This document shows positions 18,957 through 29,830 of a stretch of 64,000 nt of DNA, one piece after another. Numbering within the stretch: the stretch's first letter is position 1; each line of letters opens with the position of its first letter. The stretch spans positions 288,001 to 352,000 of the forward strand of contig CAVVYR010000006.1 in the NCBI GenBank assembly GCA_963752475.1, read 5' to 3'. Made by a program: the position numbers and the translations under genes. This DNA is from an uncultured Chloroflexia bacterium. GTDB lineage: Bacteria > Chloroflexota > Limnocylindria > Limnocylindrales > CSP1-4. The notes under the pieces were generated by a model, which saw nothing but the letters and a program-made list of their open reading frames with translations, was not told where the DNA came from and searched no databases.

Positions 18957-21438
18957 ATGCGCATCATCCGCCTTCGCCTCACCGACTTCAAGACCCACCG
19001 GGAGCTGGAGATCCAGCCCGCGGCGGGCCTGACCATCATCCGCGGCCCCAACGAGGCCGGGAAGTCGACGATCCAGAAGGCCATCGAGCTGGCCCTCTTC
19101 CGCAAGGCCGACTCGAACCGCGAGGATGTACGCCGTGCGCACGCCTGGGGCGCGAGCGACCCTCCCTCGGTCGAGCTCGACTTCGAGGTCGATGGCGTGA
19201 CCGGCAGCCTGCGCAAGCGTTTCGGCGGCTCTCGCTCGGAGGGTGAGCTCACGATCGGCGGGCAGACCATCCGCGACTACTCCTCCATCGGGGACGAGCT
19301 GGCTCGACTGACGGGCGTGCCCACGGAGAGGCTTCTTCCGGGCCACAGCCAGCGTCGGTCACGCCGAGCTCGATGCGGTCAGCGGTGACGAGCCGGCCAT
19401 CGGCGACCGGCTGCAGAAGGCGATCAGCGGTGCCGACCACGGCACGGCCAAGGCCAAGAAGAAACTCGAGACCGCGGTCCGTCGCTATCGCAGCGAGGGC
19501 CACAAGAACCCGGGGCTGCTCAAGGCCGCGCGTACCGAGATCGCCGACCTGGAGCGCGAGTTGGCCCAGGGAGAGGGCGAGCTCAGCCGACTCCAGTCCG
19601 ACCGAGGTCAGTGGGTCGAGGCCGATGAGCGCCGCCACGAGCTCGACCGCAAGCTTGCCCGCTTGCAGGCTGACCTGACCGAGGCGCAGCGTGCCGAGGC
19701 TCTGGCCCAGAAGCGCGATTCGGCCCGTGAGCGTCACGCGCGGCTGAAGCGTGCCGCCGAGCTGACCGCGGACCAGGACGAGCTACAGCGAGAGCTGCCC
19801 GCGAACCTGCCGCTGGCCCGACTTCGCACCGCGGTAGGTCACGCCCAGAGCCTGGAGTTCGAGCTCTCGGAACTGCAGGCGGAGATCGATACCGCGGCCG
19901 AGGCGGACGCCATCGGGGATCCTGACCTGGTGCCCCCGCGGCCGATGCGCTGGCTCGGTGCTGCCGCGGCGCTCGTGCTCATCGGTTGGCTGGGGATGTA
20001 CCTGTTGCGCGACAGCGGCCTGCTCGGCATCGGCGTCGTGGCCGTCCTCGCCGTGGGCGTGCTCCTGACCCTGCTCCAGGCCTTCCGACAGGCACGCAAG
20101 CGACGCATATACGGCCTGGCGATGCAGCTCGCGCAAGGTGAGGTCGAGACGCGACGAGAGCATCTGCGGGCACGTCAGGAAGATCATCGGCGCAAGCGTC
20201 GTGAGCTGGAGACCACGCTCGAAGCCATCGGGGTCCGCGACATCCGCGAGGCCGAGACGACCCTGGCCACGACCCAGGAGCACACCGAGCAGCTGGCCCA
20301 GATCGATGGTGAGCTACGAGGGCTGGGCGTCGAAGAGCGGAGCCTCAGGCGCCTCGAAGATGCCCGCGATGATGCCGCCGACGAGTCGGAGCGTGCGGAC
20401 CATGCGCTCGCCACCATGGGCAGCCTGGCTGAGGATCCCGAACGCAAGCGCGCGGAGCTCGAGCGCGAGATCGCGCGTGCGGCCCCGGCCCGTGACGCGG
20501 CCCGCTCGGAGGCCGATCAGGCCCAGGGGCGGGCCGATGCCAACCAGGTCGACGCCGAGCTCGTGGCCAGCCTCGCAGAGCGACTGGCCGCGGCGCGAGA
20601 TCGCTACGCCGAGTTCGAGCGACGGGTGCAGGTCTACGAAGGCACGCTCGCGGCCATCGATGCCGCCGAGGCGACCACGCTGAAGACCGCTGCCCGCTAT
20701 CTCGAGGAGCGTATGGGCCCCACCATCTCGGGCATCACCGATGGACGCTACGACGACATCGAGGTCGACGAGAAGAGCCTGGCCTTCAGGGTGCGGGCGC
20801 CCGAGACGGGCGAGCTCGTCGATGTCGACCGACTGTCCCAGGGCACGGCCGATCAGCTCTTCCTGGCCGCCCGCCTGGGCCTCGTACGCCTGGTGACCCT
20901 GGACCGACGCCCACCGCTGATCCTCGACGATCCCTTCGTGACCTTCGATGCAGGCCGCAGCGAGCGGGCCTTGCGACTGATCAGGCAGATGGCACACGAC
21001 CACGACTTCCAGGTGCTGTACCTCACCTGCTCGGACCGCTTCGACGCCGTCGCCGACGAGCTGGTCGTGCTGGACCGCCCGTCGGACGAGCGCGTGCTGG
21101 CTCACCAGCGACCGACCGACAGCGAAACCGCGAGCCAGCGACCGTCCGAGGCACCCCAGCCGACGCTGCGCTTCGAGCCCGACCCTCGGCCGAACCCCGA
21201 TCCGGTAGCGCCGCGACGCGTGGAGCCTGCCGAGGACGAGACGGTGCCGCTGTTCGCCGACGCTGCCGGGGGCGGCGAGGTCACCTCGCGCCTGGCCGGC
21301 CTGCGGGCGTCCAGGGCCGCGGCCGACCAAGACGAGGGTCCAGACCCCATCGACTCGCTGCGACGAAGCGTCCAGGATGCGGGGGAGGCCGACCCCTTCA
21401 GCCTCGGCGATGGTGAGCACGATGAGGATCGCGCCTGA
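18957..21438 (+). CDS. SbcC/Rad50-like (YhaN-like) coiled-coil ATPase with +1 frameshift near 19329
   Basis: GPNEAGKST Walker A; LSQGTADQLFLAARL signature; LILDDPF Walker B; removing one A restores TEGFFRATASV. Confidence 0.85.
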
Positions 21439-22337
21439 ACCTGCTGACCCCGCTCCTGGCCCTGGCCGCCGCCGCCTCATGGGGTGTGGGCGATTTCTCC
21501 GGTGGCATCGCGACCCGCCTCTCGAACAACTTCGTGGCCGTCTTCCTGGCCCAGGGCGTGGGGCTGGTCGTGGCGGCCATCCTGCTGCTGCTCTCGGACG
21601 AGTCCGCCCCGCCCACCGAGGCGCTGCTGTGGGGCGCTGCCGCGGGCGTCTCGGGTGCCTTCGGGCTGGGCTCGTTCTACCTCGCGCTGAGTCGCGGCAC
21701 GATGGGGTTGGTGGCCCCGGCCGCGGCCTTGCTGGCGGCGGCCTGGCCGGCGGCCTTCGCCCTGCTGACCGGCGACGGCGTGGGCACGTTGGCGCTCATC
21801 GGCATGGGCGTCGCGCTCGTCTCGATCGTGCTCATCTCGTGGCCCGACAAGCGGCTGGGCACGCCGGTGATGCCCACGTACCACGGCTCTCGCCGCAGTG
21901 AGTGGCTGCTGATCCTCGGAGCCGCCCTCGGCTTCGGTGGCTTCTTCCTCTTGATCGACGCCTCCCACGACGCTGGTGGCGCGGTCTGGTGGCCGCTGCT
22001 CATGGTCAAGATCGGCGGCGTGGCCGCGGTCGTGGCCGCGGTCATCGTGCTGGCTCCGCTGGGCCGGTTCCCCGGGATCAAGCTCGGGGCGGCGGCCCTG
22101 CTCGTCGGGTCGATCGCCGGCATCGGCGACCTCGGCGGCAATCTCTTCTTCGTGCTCGCGAGCGCTGAGGGCGAGCTGGCCGTGGTCATCGTGCTGACCT
22201 CGCTCTACCCGGTGGTCACGGCCATCCTGGCGCGGATCTTCCTGCGCGAGCGGCTGAGCCCCGTGCGCCTCGCGGGCGTGGCCCTGGCCATCTCCGGCGT
22301 GGTCCTCATCGGCCTGCCCGCCGATCTGCTCAGCTGA
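21435..22337 (+). CDS. EamA/DMT family transporter (probable CTG start)
   Basis: ALAAAASWGVGDFSGG and SLYPVVTAILA...ERL; frame open only from 21426. Confidence 0.85.
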   Translation: MNLLTPLLALAAAASWGVGDFSGGIATRLSNNFVAVFLAQGVGLVVAAILLLLSDESAPPTEALLWGAAAGVSGAFGLGSFYLALSRGTMGLVAPAAALLAAAWPAAFALLTGDGVGTLALIGMGVALVSIVLISWPDKRLGTPVMPTYHGSRRSEWLLILGAALGFGGFFLLIDASHDAGGAVWWPLLMVKIGGVAAVVAAVIVLAPLGRFPGIKLGAAALLVGSIAGIGDLGGNLFFVLASAEGELAVVIVLTSLYPVVTAILARIFLRERLSPVRLAGVALAISGVVLIGLPADLLS

Positions 22338-23166
22338 ACCAGCCTGCACCCGAGGGCCAGCGCATCAGGCGCACGGCGATGAGCACACCGAGTGCGGCGA
22401 CGACGAGGATGGTGGCCGCGGCGATGGCGGCGTCGACACCCTCCTGGAACTCGCTGTAGACGAGCAGCGGCAGCGTCTGCGTGCGGCCCTCGATGTTGCC
22501 GGCGAAGAGGATGGTGGCACCGAACTCACCCAGCGCTCGTGCCCACGCCAGCACCAGCCCGGCGCCGATGGCCGGCCCGGCCAGCGGCAGCGTGATGCGT
22601 CCGAGCACGGCGTTCTCCGAGGCGCCATCGACGCGCGCGGCTTCCTCGACTTCCGGCGTCACCGAGCGGAAGCCGGCTCTCGCGGCTCGGATGTAGAACG
22701 GGCTGGCCACGAAGACCTGGGCCACGATGACCGCCAGGGTGGTGAAGGGCAGGGTCAGCCCGACGACCTCGAGGGCGCCGCCGGCGACCCCGTTGCGCCC
22801 GAAGGCGAAGAGCAGCGCGAGGCCGGCTACCGAAGGAGGCAGCACGATGGGCAGGTCGACCAGCGCCTCGGCCAGGGCCTTGCCACGGAAGCTGGTCCGA
22901 GCCAGCACGAAAGCCAGGGGCGTGCCCAGGATGATGACGAGGGTCAGGCTGACCGCGGTGCTTGAGAGGCTCAATAGCAGGGCGTCGAGGACGGCCCGGC
23001 CCGCGAGCGCATCCATGACCGCGCCGGAGCCGAGGGCGCGCAGCAGCAGGGCCACGACCGGCAGAGCCAGGAAGGCCAGCGCGATCGCCGCCAGCAGCAT
23101 CACCCACCAGCTGGGGCGGTGCGACCAGGCGCGCGGGGTGGTGGGCGAGACCGTGGGACCACTCAC
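22330..23166 (-). CDS. modB: Molybdate ABC transporter permease
   Basis: DLPIVLPPSVAG, EEAARVDGA, WARALGEFGAT, FAGN. Confidence 0.9.
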   Translation of the reverse strand: MSGPTVSPTTPRAWSHRPSWWVMLLAAIALAFLALPVVALLLRALGSGAVMDALAGRAVLDALLLSLSSTAVSLTLVIILGTPLAFVLARTSFRGKALAEALVDLPIVLPPSVAGLALLFAFGRNGVAGGALEVVGLTLPFTTLAVIVAQVFVASPFYIRAARAGFRSVTPEVEEAARVDGASENAVLGRITLPLAGPAIGAGLVLAWARALGEFGATILFAGNIEGRTQTLPLLVYSEFQEGVDAAIAAATILVVAALGVLIAVRLMRWPSGAGWFS

Positions 23167-23960
23167 GGCCCGACCTCGAAGCCGGCCTCGGTGAGGATGG
23201 CGGCCGCGGCGGGTCCGCCCAGCCAGTCCAGGAACGCCGCGGCCATCTCGTGCTCGCTCAGCTGCACGGCAGCGTACGTGGCAGCCACGTGAGCCGCTGC
23301 CGGCAGCGCGATCTCGACCGTGTCTTCGCTGCCGGCAGCGTCGCTGCGGTAGACGAAGGCAGCGTCGCCTTCGCCCAGCTCGACCTTGGCCAGGGCGGCC
23401 CGGACGTTGTCCTCTCGCGAGGCGATGTTGCCTTCGACCGCGGCTGCGAAGGCGTCGGGCTCGGGCATCTCATCCGCCAGCCGCTCGAGCGTCAGTGCCG
23501 TGTAGCGACCGATGGGCGTGCCCGGTCCGCCCACGATGACCCTGACACCGGGCTCGGCCAGGTCGGTGATGTCGGTGACCGGGCCATCGGCACGGGCCAC
23601 GAGGGTGATCTCGTTGCCCGCGAAGGGCACCGGCTCCGCCGCGGCGTGGCCCTCCTCGGCGAGCCGCTGCGGGTGGATCTCATCGGCCGAGATGAAGACG
23701 TCGGCACGGGCGCCTTCAGCGATCTGGGCGGCGAGCACATTGGAGGCCTCGCTGGCGATGGTCAGCGGCACATCCGGCTCGACCTCGAGCCAGGCAGCCT
23801 CGAGCTCGTCGGTGACGGTGCGCAGGGAGGCTGCGGCGAACAGCGTCAGTCCCTCGTCGGAGGTGTCGCCCGAGTCACATGCGGCGACCGCCAACGCGAC
23901 CACGGCTGCGAGCACGCACCACCACCGAACGACGCTTGGCCGCCGTCCGGTGGCCTTCAG
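23163..23960 (-). CDS. modA: Molybdate-binding lipoprotein (probable CTG start; GTG 23915 alternative)
   Basis: Lipobox-like VAAC, FAAASL, QIAEGARADVFISAD, GEGDAAFVYRSD. Confidence 0.88.
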   Translation of the reverse strand: MKATGRRPSVVRWWCVLAAVVALAVAACDSGDTSDEGLTLFAAASLRTVTDELEAAWLEVEPDVPLTIASEASNVLAAQIAEGARADVFISADEIHPQRLAEEGHAAAEPVPFAGNEITLVARADGPVTDITDLAEPGVRVIVGGPGTPIGRYTALTLERLADEMPEPDAFAAAVEGNIASREDNVRAALAKVELGEGDAAFVYRSDAAGSEDTVEIALPAAAHVAATYAAVQLSEHEMAAAFLDWLGGPAAAAILTEAGFEVGP

Positions 23961-24382
23961 CGCGATGGCACCTCCACCATCACGTCGGTGGCTTTGACCG
24001 TGGCCACGACCTCATCGCCAGGCTCGAGCTCGAGCTCCTCGGAGGCCTCTCGAGTGATGAGGCTGACGAGACGGTGCGGGCCAGCCTGCACTTCGACCAC
24101 CGCCGCTACGCCGTCTCGCTCCACGTGCGTGACGATGCCCGGGAAGCGGTTGCGAGCGGACTGCGCCACGATCGGGCGGTCGGCGCCCTCGCGTCGGCGC
24201 TCCGCGGCCAGACGCGTGACATCGCCCTGGCTGACGGTGCGCTGGCCACCGGGCGTCAGCTCCACCTCGATGCGGCCGGCCTCGGCCCAGCGACGCAGCG
24301 TGTCAGGGCTCACGCCCAGCTGCGAGGCGGCCTCGCCGATGCGAAGTCGTGCGTTGTCTGTTCCTTGCTTATCGGCGTCCAT
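23957..24382 (-). CDS. MerR-like HTH plus TOBE molybdate-responsive regulator
   Basis: RIGEAASQLGVSPDTLRRW; SARNRFPGIV; VKATDV. Confidence 0.9.
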   Translation of the reverse strand: MDADKQGTDNARLRIGEAASQLGVSPDTLRRWAEAGRIEVELTPGGQRTVSQGDVTRLAAERRREGADRPIVAQSARNRFPGIVTHVERDGVAAVVEVQAGPHRLVSLITREASEELELEPGDEVVATVKATDVMVEVPSR

Positions 24383-24418
24383 GCGCGAGATTATCCCGCA
24401 TCGGCAGTGACATGCGCG

Positions 24419-25174
24419 TTACAGCGCGCCGGCGCTCCCGGGCTCAAGGAGCCACACCGCGGTGGGTCGAACGGCGGTCTGTGCCGGCAGGCGCGCCGGA
24501 TCCGGGGCGGAGGTGAACACGTCGCGAACGGTCTCGGCCTTGCCGGCGCCCGGGACCATGACCACGATGCTCAGCGCGCCGCGCAGGACGAAGGGCGAGA
24601 GCGTCACGCGCGGCAGGTGGGGCTCGATGTGCGTGGGCGCCGCCACCGGCATCACGGTCGACTCGGTCTCGCTCGCGGGTGGCGTGTAGGGGAAGGTCGA
24701 GAGGATGTGGCCATCACCGCCCATGCCCAGCAGCAGCACGTCGAAGGCGGGCACACCCTCGCGGACCGGCAACGTCGCCGCCAGCTCGGCTGCATACCGT
24801 TCGGCCGCCCAGGCGGCGTCTTGACCGTCAGCGATGGCCTCGTCCACGGGTATCGGGTGCAGGGTCGCGTTGGGGCCATCGTCGGTCTCGAGCCAGTCGC
24901 GCAGTGCACCGGACCAGTTTCGATCGGGGTGATCGAGGGCCACGAAACGCTCGTCGCCCTGCCACACGTGCACGCGCGACCAGTCGACGCGGGCGGCCCG
25001 AGGGTCGGAACGCAGGAGCGCGAACAGCGCCGCCGCCGAGGAGCCGCCGGTGAGCGCGAGGTGGGCCGATCCACGCCGTGCGACCCCGTTGCGCAGTCCC
25101 TCGACCACGAGATCGAGCGCCCGGCAGGCGATGCTCTCCTTGTCAGCGCAGACGATGACCGAGGTGTTTCTCAT
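24419..25174 (-). CDS. pgl: 6-phosphogluconolactonase
   Basis: ALTGGSS, GDERFV, LGMGGDGHILSTFP, RVTL. Confidence 0.92.
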   Translation of the reverse strand: MRNTSVIVCADKESIACRALDLVVEGLRNGVARRGSAHLALTGGSSAAALFALLRSDPRAARVDWSRVHVWQGDERFVALDHPDRNWSGALRDWLETDDGPNATLHPIPVDEAIADGQDAAWAAERYAAELAATLPVREGVPAFDVLLLGMGGDGHILSTFPYTPPASETESTVMPVAAPTHIEPHLPRVTLSPFVLRGALSIVVMVPGAGKAETVRDVFTSAPDPARLPAQTAVRPTAVWLLEPGSAGAL

Positions 25175-26436
25175 CGAGCGCCATCGCCTACGAGTGCCAC
25201 AGCCTTCTCGAGTGCCTGGGCGAAGAGACGGTCGTGCCCGGTGCGGTCGAGGGAGTCGGCCAGATAGGGCGCCTCATCGAAGGCCTCGAGCTTGCTCGCT
25301 CGGCGCACCACCGAGGCCCCGTTCCAGCTGGCGGTGGCCAGCAGGTGGTCGGCCTGGCGGGTGACGTTGACGTGGGTATCGGCCTCGCTGCGATGGGCCT
25401 CCAGCTCCGCTCGCACCACCGATCCGGCGACTCGCACGGCACCGCTGAACTCGACCTCCACGGGCCGGACCTCGACCCTGATCTCGCGCTTGCCCGAACG
25501 CACCGTGCCGATCCACGATTCGTCGTCCGACTCATGCAACGGCTCCACCACCTGCAGCCGGAGCCGCGACATCAGCCAGCCCACGAAGAGCACCGCGCGT
25601 GAGAGCCGGACGTCGCCGCCCGGCCGGGCCACATCGATGCGGATCGAGTCCAGGTGCCGAAGCTCGCGGACGAGCAGGGGATGGTCGAAGCAGGAGGCCA
25701 GGAGCTCGCGCCAGAGCATCAGGCGCATCCAGCTCACATCATGGACCACGAGCCCGCCGTAGACGGCATCGGCCATGCCCTTGAGCCGCGTCAGCCCATG
25801 GTGGCGGAAGGCACCCGAGTCGACGAAGAGCCGGTCGACCTCATCGGCCAGCTCGGCGAAGTCGGAGCGCCCGAAGGGCACGTCATCGGGCCACCAGAGC
25901 ACGACCGGCAGGTCGTGGATGAGCAGTGGCGCGACCGTGCTCGAGAGGTGCTGGGTCAGCTCGCCACCGACCTTGATGAGGACCTCCTCGGTGCAGACCT
26001 GGCTGGAGCCCTTCTCGGGCAGCTGGCAGGAGGCGTAGATGTGGGCGTCGAAGCTGGCCGGCCCGTCTGGGTCGGTGGGGGAGAGCACGACCGCGCGCGA
26101 TGGATGGCGCGAGGCCAGCGTGGCGACCGTGGCCATGGCTCGGTCGACGAGCTCCGGACGCGGCGCGACCACCACCAGCGTGAGCACCGAGGTGCGGGTG
26201 CGGACACGCACGCCATCGGCGTGGCTGCTGGCGCCCATGTGCCTGGCCACGCGCGGGTCGCCATGCGCCAGCTCGTGTCCTTCGGCTCCACCGAACGCGT
26301 CGCTGCTGGCCTCCTCGGCCACGCGGCCCCAGAGGCTGCTGAGCATGTCCGTGGTGGCCCGGATCGACTCCGTGCGCACCTGCCAGCGCCAGGTGCCGGT
26401 CTCGTCGAAGTCGATGGCCGTTACAGGCGTCGCCAT
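25171..26436 (-). CDS. opcA: G6PD assembly/effector protein OpcA
   Basis: HPSRAVV, PLLIHDLPVVLWWP, DVSWMRLMLWR; directly downstream of zwf. Confidence 0.88.
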   Translation of the reverse strand: MATPVTAIDFDETGTWRWQVRTESIRATTDMLSSLWGRVAEEASSDAFGGAEGHELAHGDPRVARHMGASSHADGVRVRTRTSVLTLVVVAPRPELVDRAMATVATLASRHPSRAVVLSPTDPDGPASFDAHIYASCQLPEKGSSQVCTEEVLIKVGGELTQHLSSTVAPLLIHDLPVVLWWPDDVPFGRSDFAELADEVDRLFVDSGAFRHHGLTRLKGMADAVYGGLVVHDVSWMRLMLWRELLASCFDHPLLVRELRHLDSIRIDVARPGGDVRLSRAVLFVGWLMSRLRLQVVEPLHESDDESWIGTVRSGKREIRVEVRPVEVEFSGAVRVAGSVVRAELEAHRSEADTHVNVTRQADHLLATASWNGASVVRRASKLEAFDEAPYLADSLDRTGHDRLFAQALEKAVALVGDGAR

Positions 26437-28088
26437 CGTCTGCCGTCCCGTTCGAGCAGCCGGTCCGCGGCCTCCGGTCCCCAGGTACCGGCCTCGTAGG
26501 GCTGGACGCTGCCGTCGAGCTTGCCGAAGCGGCGTGCGGTCCTGGACTTGCCATTGCCGCCGGCGACACCCCACTCGGCCCAGGTCTCGTTCAGCGGCGT
26601 CACCAGCGACCAGGCGGCCTCCACCTCGTCGGCACGGGTGAAGAGCGAAGCGTCGCCGAGCATGGCGTCGAGCAGCAGCGTCTCGTACGCCTCCGGCGCA
26701 TCGGAGAGGAAGGTCGAGCCGTAGGTGAAATCCATGTTCACCGAGCGCACGTCGAGCCCCAGGTCCGGCACCTTGGCCGCGAAGCGCAGCAGGATGCCCT
26801 CGTCAGGCTGGATGCGCATGGCCAGCATGTTGGGCTCGGGATCGCTGGCGCTGTCCCTGAATAGCGTCAGCGGTGGCTGGTTGAACTGGATGGCGATCTC
26901 GGTCGCGCGCCGTGGCAGGTGCTTGCCGGTGCGCAGGTAGAAGGGCACGCCGGCCCAGCGCCAGTTCTCGACCTCCAGTCGCAGGGCCACGTAGGTCTCG
27001 ACATGTGAGTCCTTCGAGACCTCCTCCTCATCGAGGTAGCCTCCCACCTTGCGGTCGGCGACCCAGCCGGCGGTGTACTGACCGCGCACGACATCGTTGT
27101 GGATGCGCTCCGGCGTCCAGTCGGTGTCGATGGCTCGAAGTACGCGTACCTTCTCGTCGCGCAGGGCATCAGCCTCGAAGTTGATGGGCGGCTCCATGGC
27201 CACGAGGCTGAGCAGTTGCAGCATATGGTTCTGCAGGATGTCGCGGCTGGCGCCGGCCTCCTCGTAGAAGGCACCGCGCGTGCCCACGCCCAGGTCCTCG
27301 GCCACGGTGATCTGAACGTGGTCGACGTAGCGTCGGTTCCACACCGGCTCGAAGATGCCGTTGGCGAAGCGGAACACCAGCAGGTTGCGCACGGTGTCCT
27401 TGCCCAGGTAGTGGTCGATGCGGTAGACCTGCGACTCGTCGAACGACTGCATGACCGCGTCGTTCAAGGCATGGCCCGAGTCGAGGTCATGCCCGAAGGG
27501 CTTCTCGATGACGATGCGGCTCCAGGCACCCTCGGGGTGAGCCAGGCCGGCGGCGCCGAGGTTGGCCACGATGTCCTCGTAGGCCGAAGGCGGCGTGGCC
27601 AGGTAGAAGAGGCGGTTGCCGCGACAGCCGGCAGCGGCGTCGATCTGGTCCAGGCGCTCGGCCAGGCGGGCGTAGTCCTCTGCCTTGGTGAAGTCGCCCT
27701 GTTGGTAGTGGATGGTCTGGGCGAAGTCGTTCCACAGCGCCCCCTCGACCTCGTTTCGCGAGTACTCGGTGACCGCGTCCTTCATCTCGTCGGCGAACGC
27801 CGCGTCGGTATAGGAGCGGCGCGAATAGCCCACGATGGACGTCTCCGTCGGCAGCAGTCGGGCGCGGCGGAGATTGTAGAAGGCCGGGAAGATCTTGCGG
27901 TGCGAGAGATCGCCGGTGGCTCCGAAGACGACCACGATGGCCGGGTCGGGCACGCGTTCGAGACGTGTGCCCGCACGCAGGGGGTTGGCGGCGGCCGCGT
28001 CTTCGACCGCGTCGCGATGCATCACGTGCCGTGCCCGCCTGTCGTCGCCTCTCGCCTTGCCCGCCTTGGCGGGCGCTTCCTTGGCCAT
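26421..28088 (-). CDS. zwf: Glucose-6-phosphate 1-dehydrogenase
   Basis: GATGDLS, EKPFGHD, RIDHYLGK, QNHMLQ, GVPFYLRTGK. Confidence 0.96.
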   Translation of the reverse strand: MAKEAPAKAGKARGDDRRARHVMHRDAVEDAAAANPLRAGTRLERVPDPAIVVVFGATGDLSHRKIFPAFYNLRRARLLPTETSIVGYSRRSYTDAAFADEMKDAVTEYSRNEVEGALWNDFAQTIHYQQGDFTKAEDYARLAERLDQIDAAAGCRGNRLFYLATPPSAYEDIVANLGAAGLAHPEGAWSRIVIEKPFGHDLDSGHALNDAVMQSFDESQVYRIDHYLGKDTVRNLLVFRFANGIFEPVWNRRYVDHVQITVAEDLGVGTRGAFYEEAGASRDILQNHMLQLLSLVAMEPPINFEADALRDEKVRVLRAIDTDWTPERIHNDVVRGQYTAGWVADRKVGGYLDEEEVSKDSHVETYVALRLEVENWRWAGVPFYLRTGKHLPRRATEIAIQFNQPPLTLFRDSASDPEPNMLAMRIQPDEGILLRFAAKVPDLGLDVRSVNMDFTYGSTFLSDAPEAYETLLLDAMLGDASLFTRADEVEAAWSLVTPLNETWAEWGVAGGNGKSRTARRFGKLDGSVQPYEAGTWGPEAADRLLERDGRRWRRL

Positions 28089-28117
28089 CGTCTGGCTCCT
28101 GTCTATCCCGCCATGGG

Positions 28118-29830
28118 TCAGGCGAGGGCTTCGTCGACGGCTACCCGCAGTTCGCTCAGCCCGGCATCGGCGTCGTCGCCGAGGTCGATGCGTATGGCCG
28201 GCAGTCCATGCGCCCCGAAGGCCGCGAAGTCACCCATGGCCTGGGCATCGATAAGGACACCGAACGTCTCGTCGCGACCGGGGATGGGCAGGTCTTGCGC
28301 GTGGCCGGTGGTCAGCTGGATGAAGCAGCCCGTGGCTGCGCCACCCTTGTGCAACTGGCCGGTCGAGTGCAGGAACCGCGGGCCGTAACCCGAGGTCGAG
28401 GCCTTGCGCGTGCCGTCACGCAAGGTGGCCTGTAGTGCCTGTAGCTGCTCGGTTCGGGCGTCCGTGGGCGCGATGTATGCGCCGATCTGGAAATAGCCCG
28501 ACTCGGGCACCTTGCCGAGGTGCTCGCGCAGAAGCTCGACGAAGTCCATCTCACCGCCACCCTGCTTCCAGGCACGCAGCTGACCACGGCGGGCGGTCGG
28601 CTCGGCCTCCGGCAGACGGCCATCGGCCGTGAAGACCTTGAGCACCTCGCTGGTGTTGTTCTTGGATTCGGTGACGTTGGGCTCGTCGAAGGGGTTGACG
28701 CCGAGGCCGATGCCTGCGACGGCCGTCGCGAACTCCCAGCGGAAGAACTCGGCTGCGACCCAGGAAGCGTCGTCGAGTCGGATGTCGATGAGCGGATGTC
28801 CGGCCTCGGTCAAGGCTTGGAGCTTGGCGTCGACGTCGGTGTGCCACTCGCTGTCGCTGGCAGGGCCCAGACGGACGAAGACGCGATCGTGGCCATAGGC
28901 CTCCGGCGTGCCCAGCGGCTCGCCGTTCACGGGCACGATGCCCACGCCGTCCTTGCCCGTGGACTCCGCGATGAGCTGCTCGAGCCAGCCGCCGAGCGCA
29001 GCCAGGTCGGGCTCGATGACGAAGGTCAGCTTGTCGCGACCGGCCTTGGCCAGCGCGGCCATGGCGGACCCGAGCACGAGGGCCGAGTTGTCGCCCGCGT
29101 CGGCCTTGGTGGACTCGGCCATGATGCGCGCGTCCTCGAGCAGCGGATCGATGTCCAGCCGCAGCAGGGCCGCGGGCACCAGGCCCACGTAGGTCAGGGC
29201 GCTGTAGCGTCCGCCGACATCGCTGGGGTTGATGAACGTCTCACGGAAGTAGTTCGAGTGGGGCAGGGCCTCGAGCGGCGCACCCGCGTCGGTGATGGAG
29301 ATGAACTCATTGCCTGCACGGTTGTGCGGGATGCGTCCGACGCGGCCCTCTTCGAGGGCCCAGTAGTGGGCCAGGAAGGCCAGGGTCTCGGTCGTCGAGC
29401 CCGACTTGGTGGCGATGATGCGGAGGGTCTTGCTGTCATCGAGCCGGGCGTCGATGTCGGCGATGGTGGCCGGGTCCGTGGAGTCGAGCACGTGGACCGT
29501 GAGGCCCTTGTCCGACTCGGGGTAGACCTTGGTCAGCACCTCCGGCGCGAGCGAGGATCCGCCCATGCCGCAGACGAGGGCGTCGGTGTAGCCGGATGCT
29601 TCGATGGACTCACCGAAGGCGGTCAGCTCCGCGACCTCATCCTCGAAGTAGGTGGGGGCGTGCAGCCAGCCAAGGCGCAGCAGGATCTTCTCGCCGACCT
29701 CGGGGTCGTCGGTCCAGAGGCTGGTGTCGTTGGACCAGACGCGGCTGGCCCAACGCTCACCAACGGCCTGGGCGATCGCCTCATCGACATCGTCCTGCAG
29801 CTCCGCCGGCAGTCTGAACGTGGTGTCCAT
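28118..29830 (-). CDS. pgi: Glucose-6-phosphate isomerase (resembles the Pgi half of Tal-Pgi fusions)
   Basis: GMGGSSL, KSGSTTET, GGRYSAL, QLIAESTGK, NPFDEPNV, HSTGQLHKGG. Confidence 0.88.
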   Translation of the reverse strand: MDTTFRLPAELQDDVDEAIAQAVGERWASRVWSNDTSLWTDDPEVGEKILLRLGWLHAPTYFEDEVAELTAFGESIEASGYTDALVCGMGGSSLAPEVLTKVYPESDKGLTVHVLDSTDPATIADIDARLDDSKTLRIIATKSGSTTETLAFLAHYWALEEGRVGRIPHNRAGNEFISITDAGAPLEALPHSNYFRETFINPSDVGGRYSALTYVGLVPAALLRLDIDPLLEDARIMAESTKADAGDNSALVLGSAMAALAKAGRDKLTFVIEPDLAALGGWLEQLIAESTGKDGVGIVPVNGEPLGTPEAYGHDRVFVRLGPASDSEWHTDVDAKLQALTEAGHPLIDIRLDDASWVAAEFFRWEFATAVAGIGLGVNPFDEPNVTESKNNTSEVLKVFTADGRLPEAEPTARRGQLRAWKQGGGEMDFVELLREHLGKVPESGYFQIGAYIAPTDARTEQLQALQATLRDGTRKASTSGYGPRFLHSTGQLHKGGAATGCFIQLTTGHAQDLPIPGRDETFGVLIDAQAMGDFAAFGAHGLPAIRIDLGDDADAGLSELRVAVDEALA

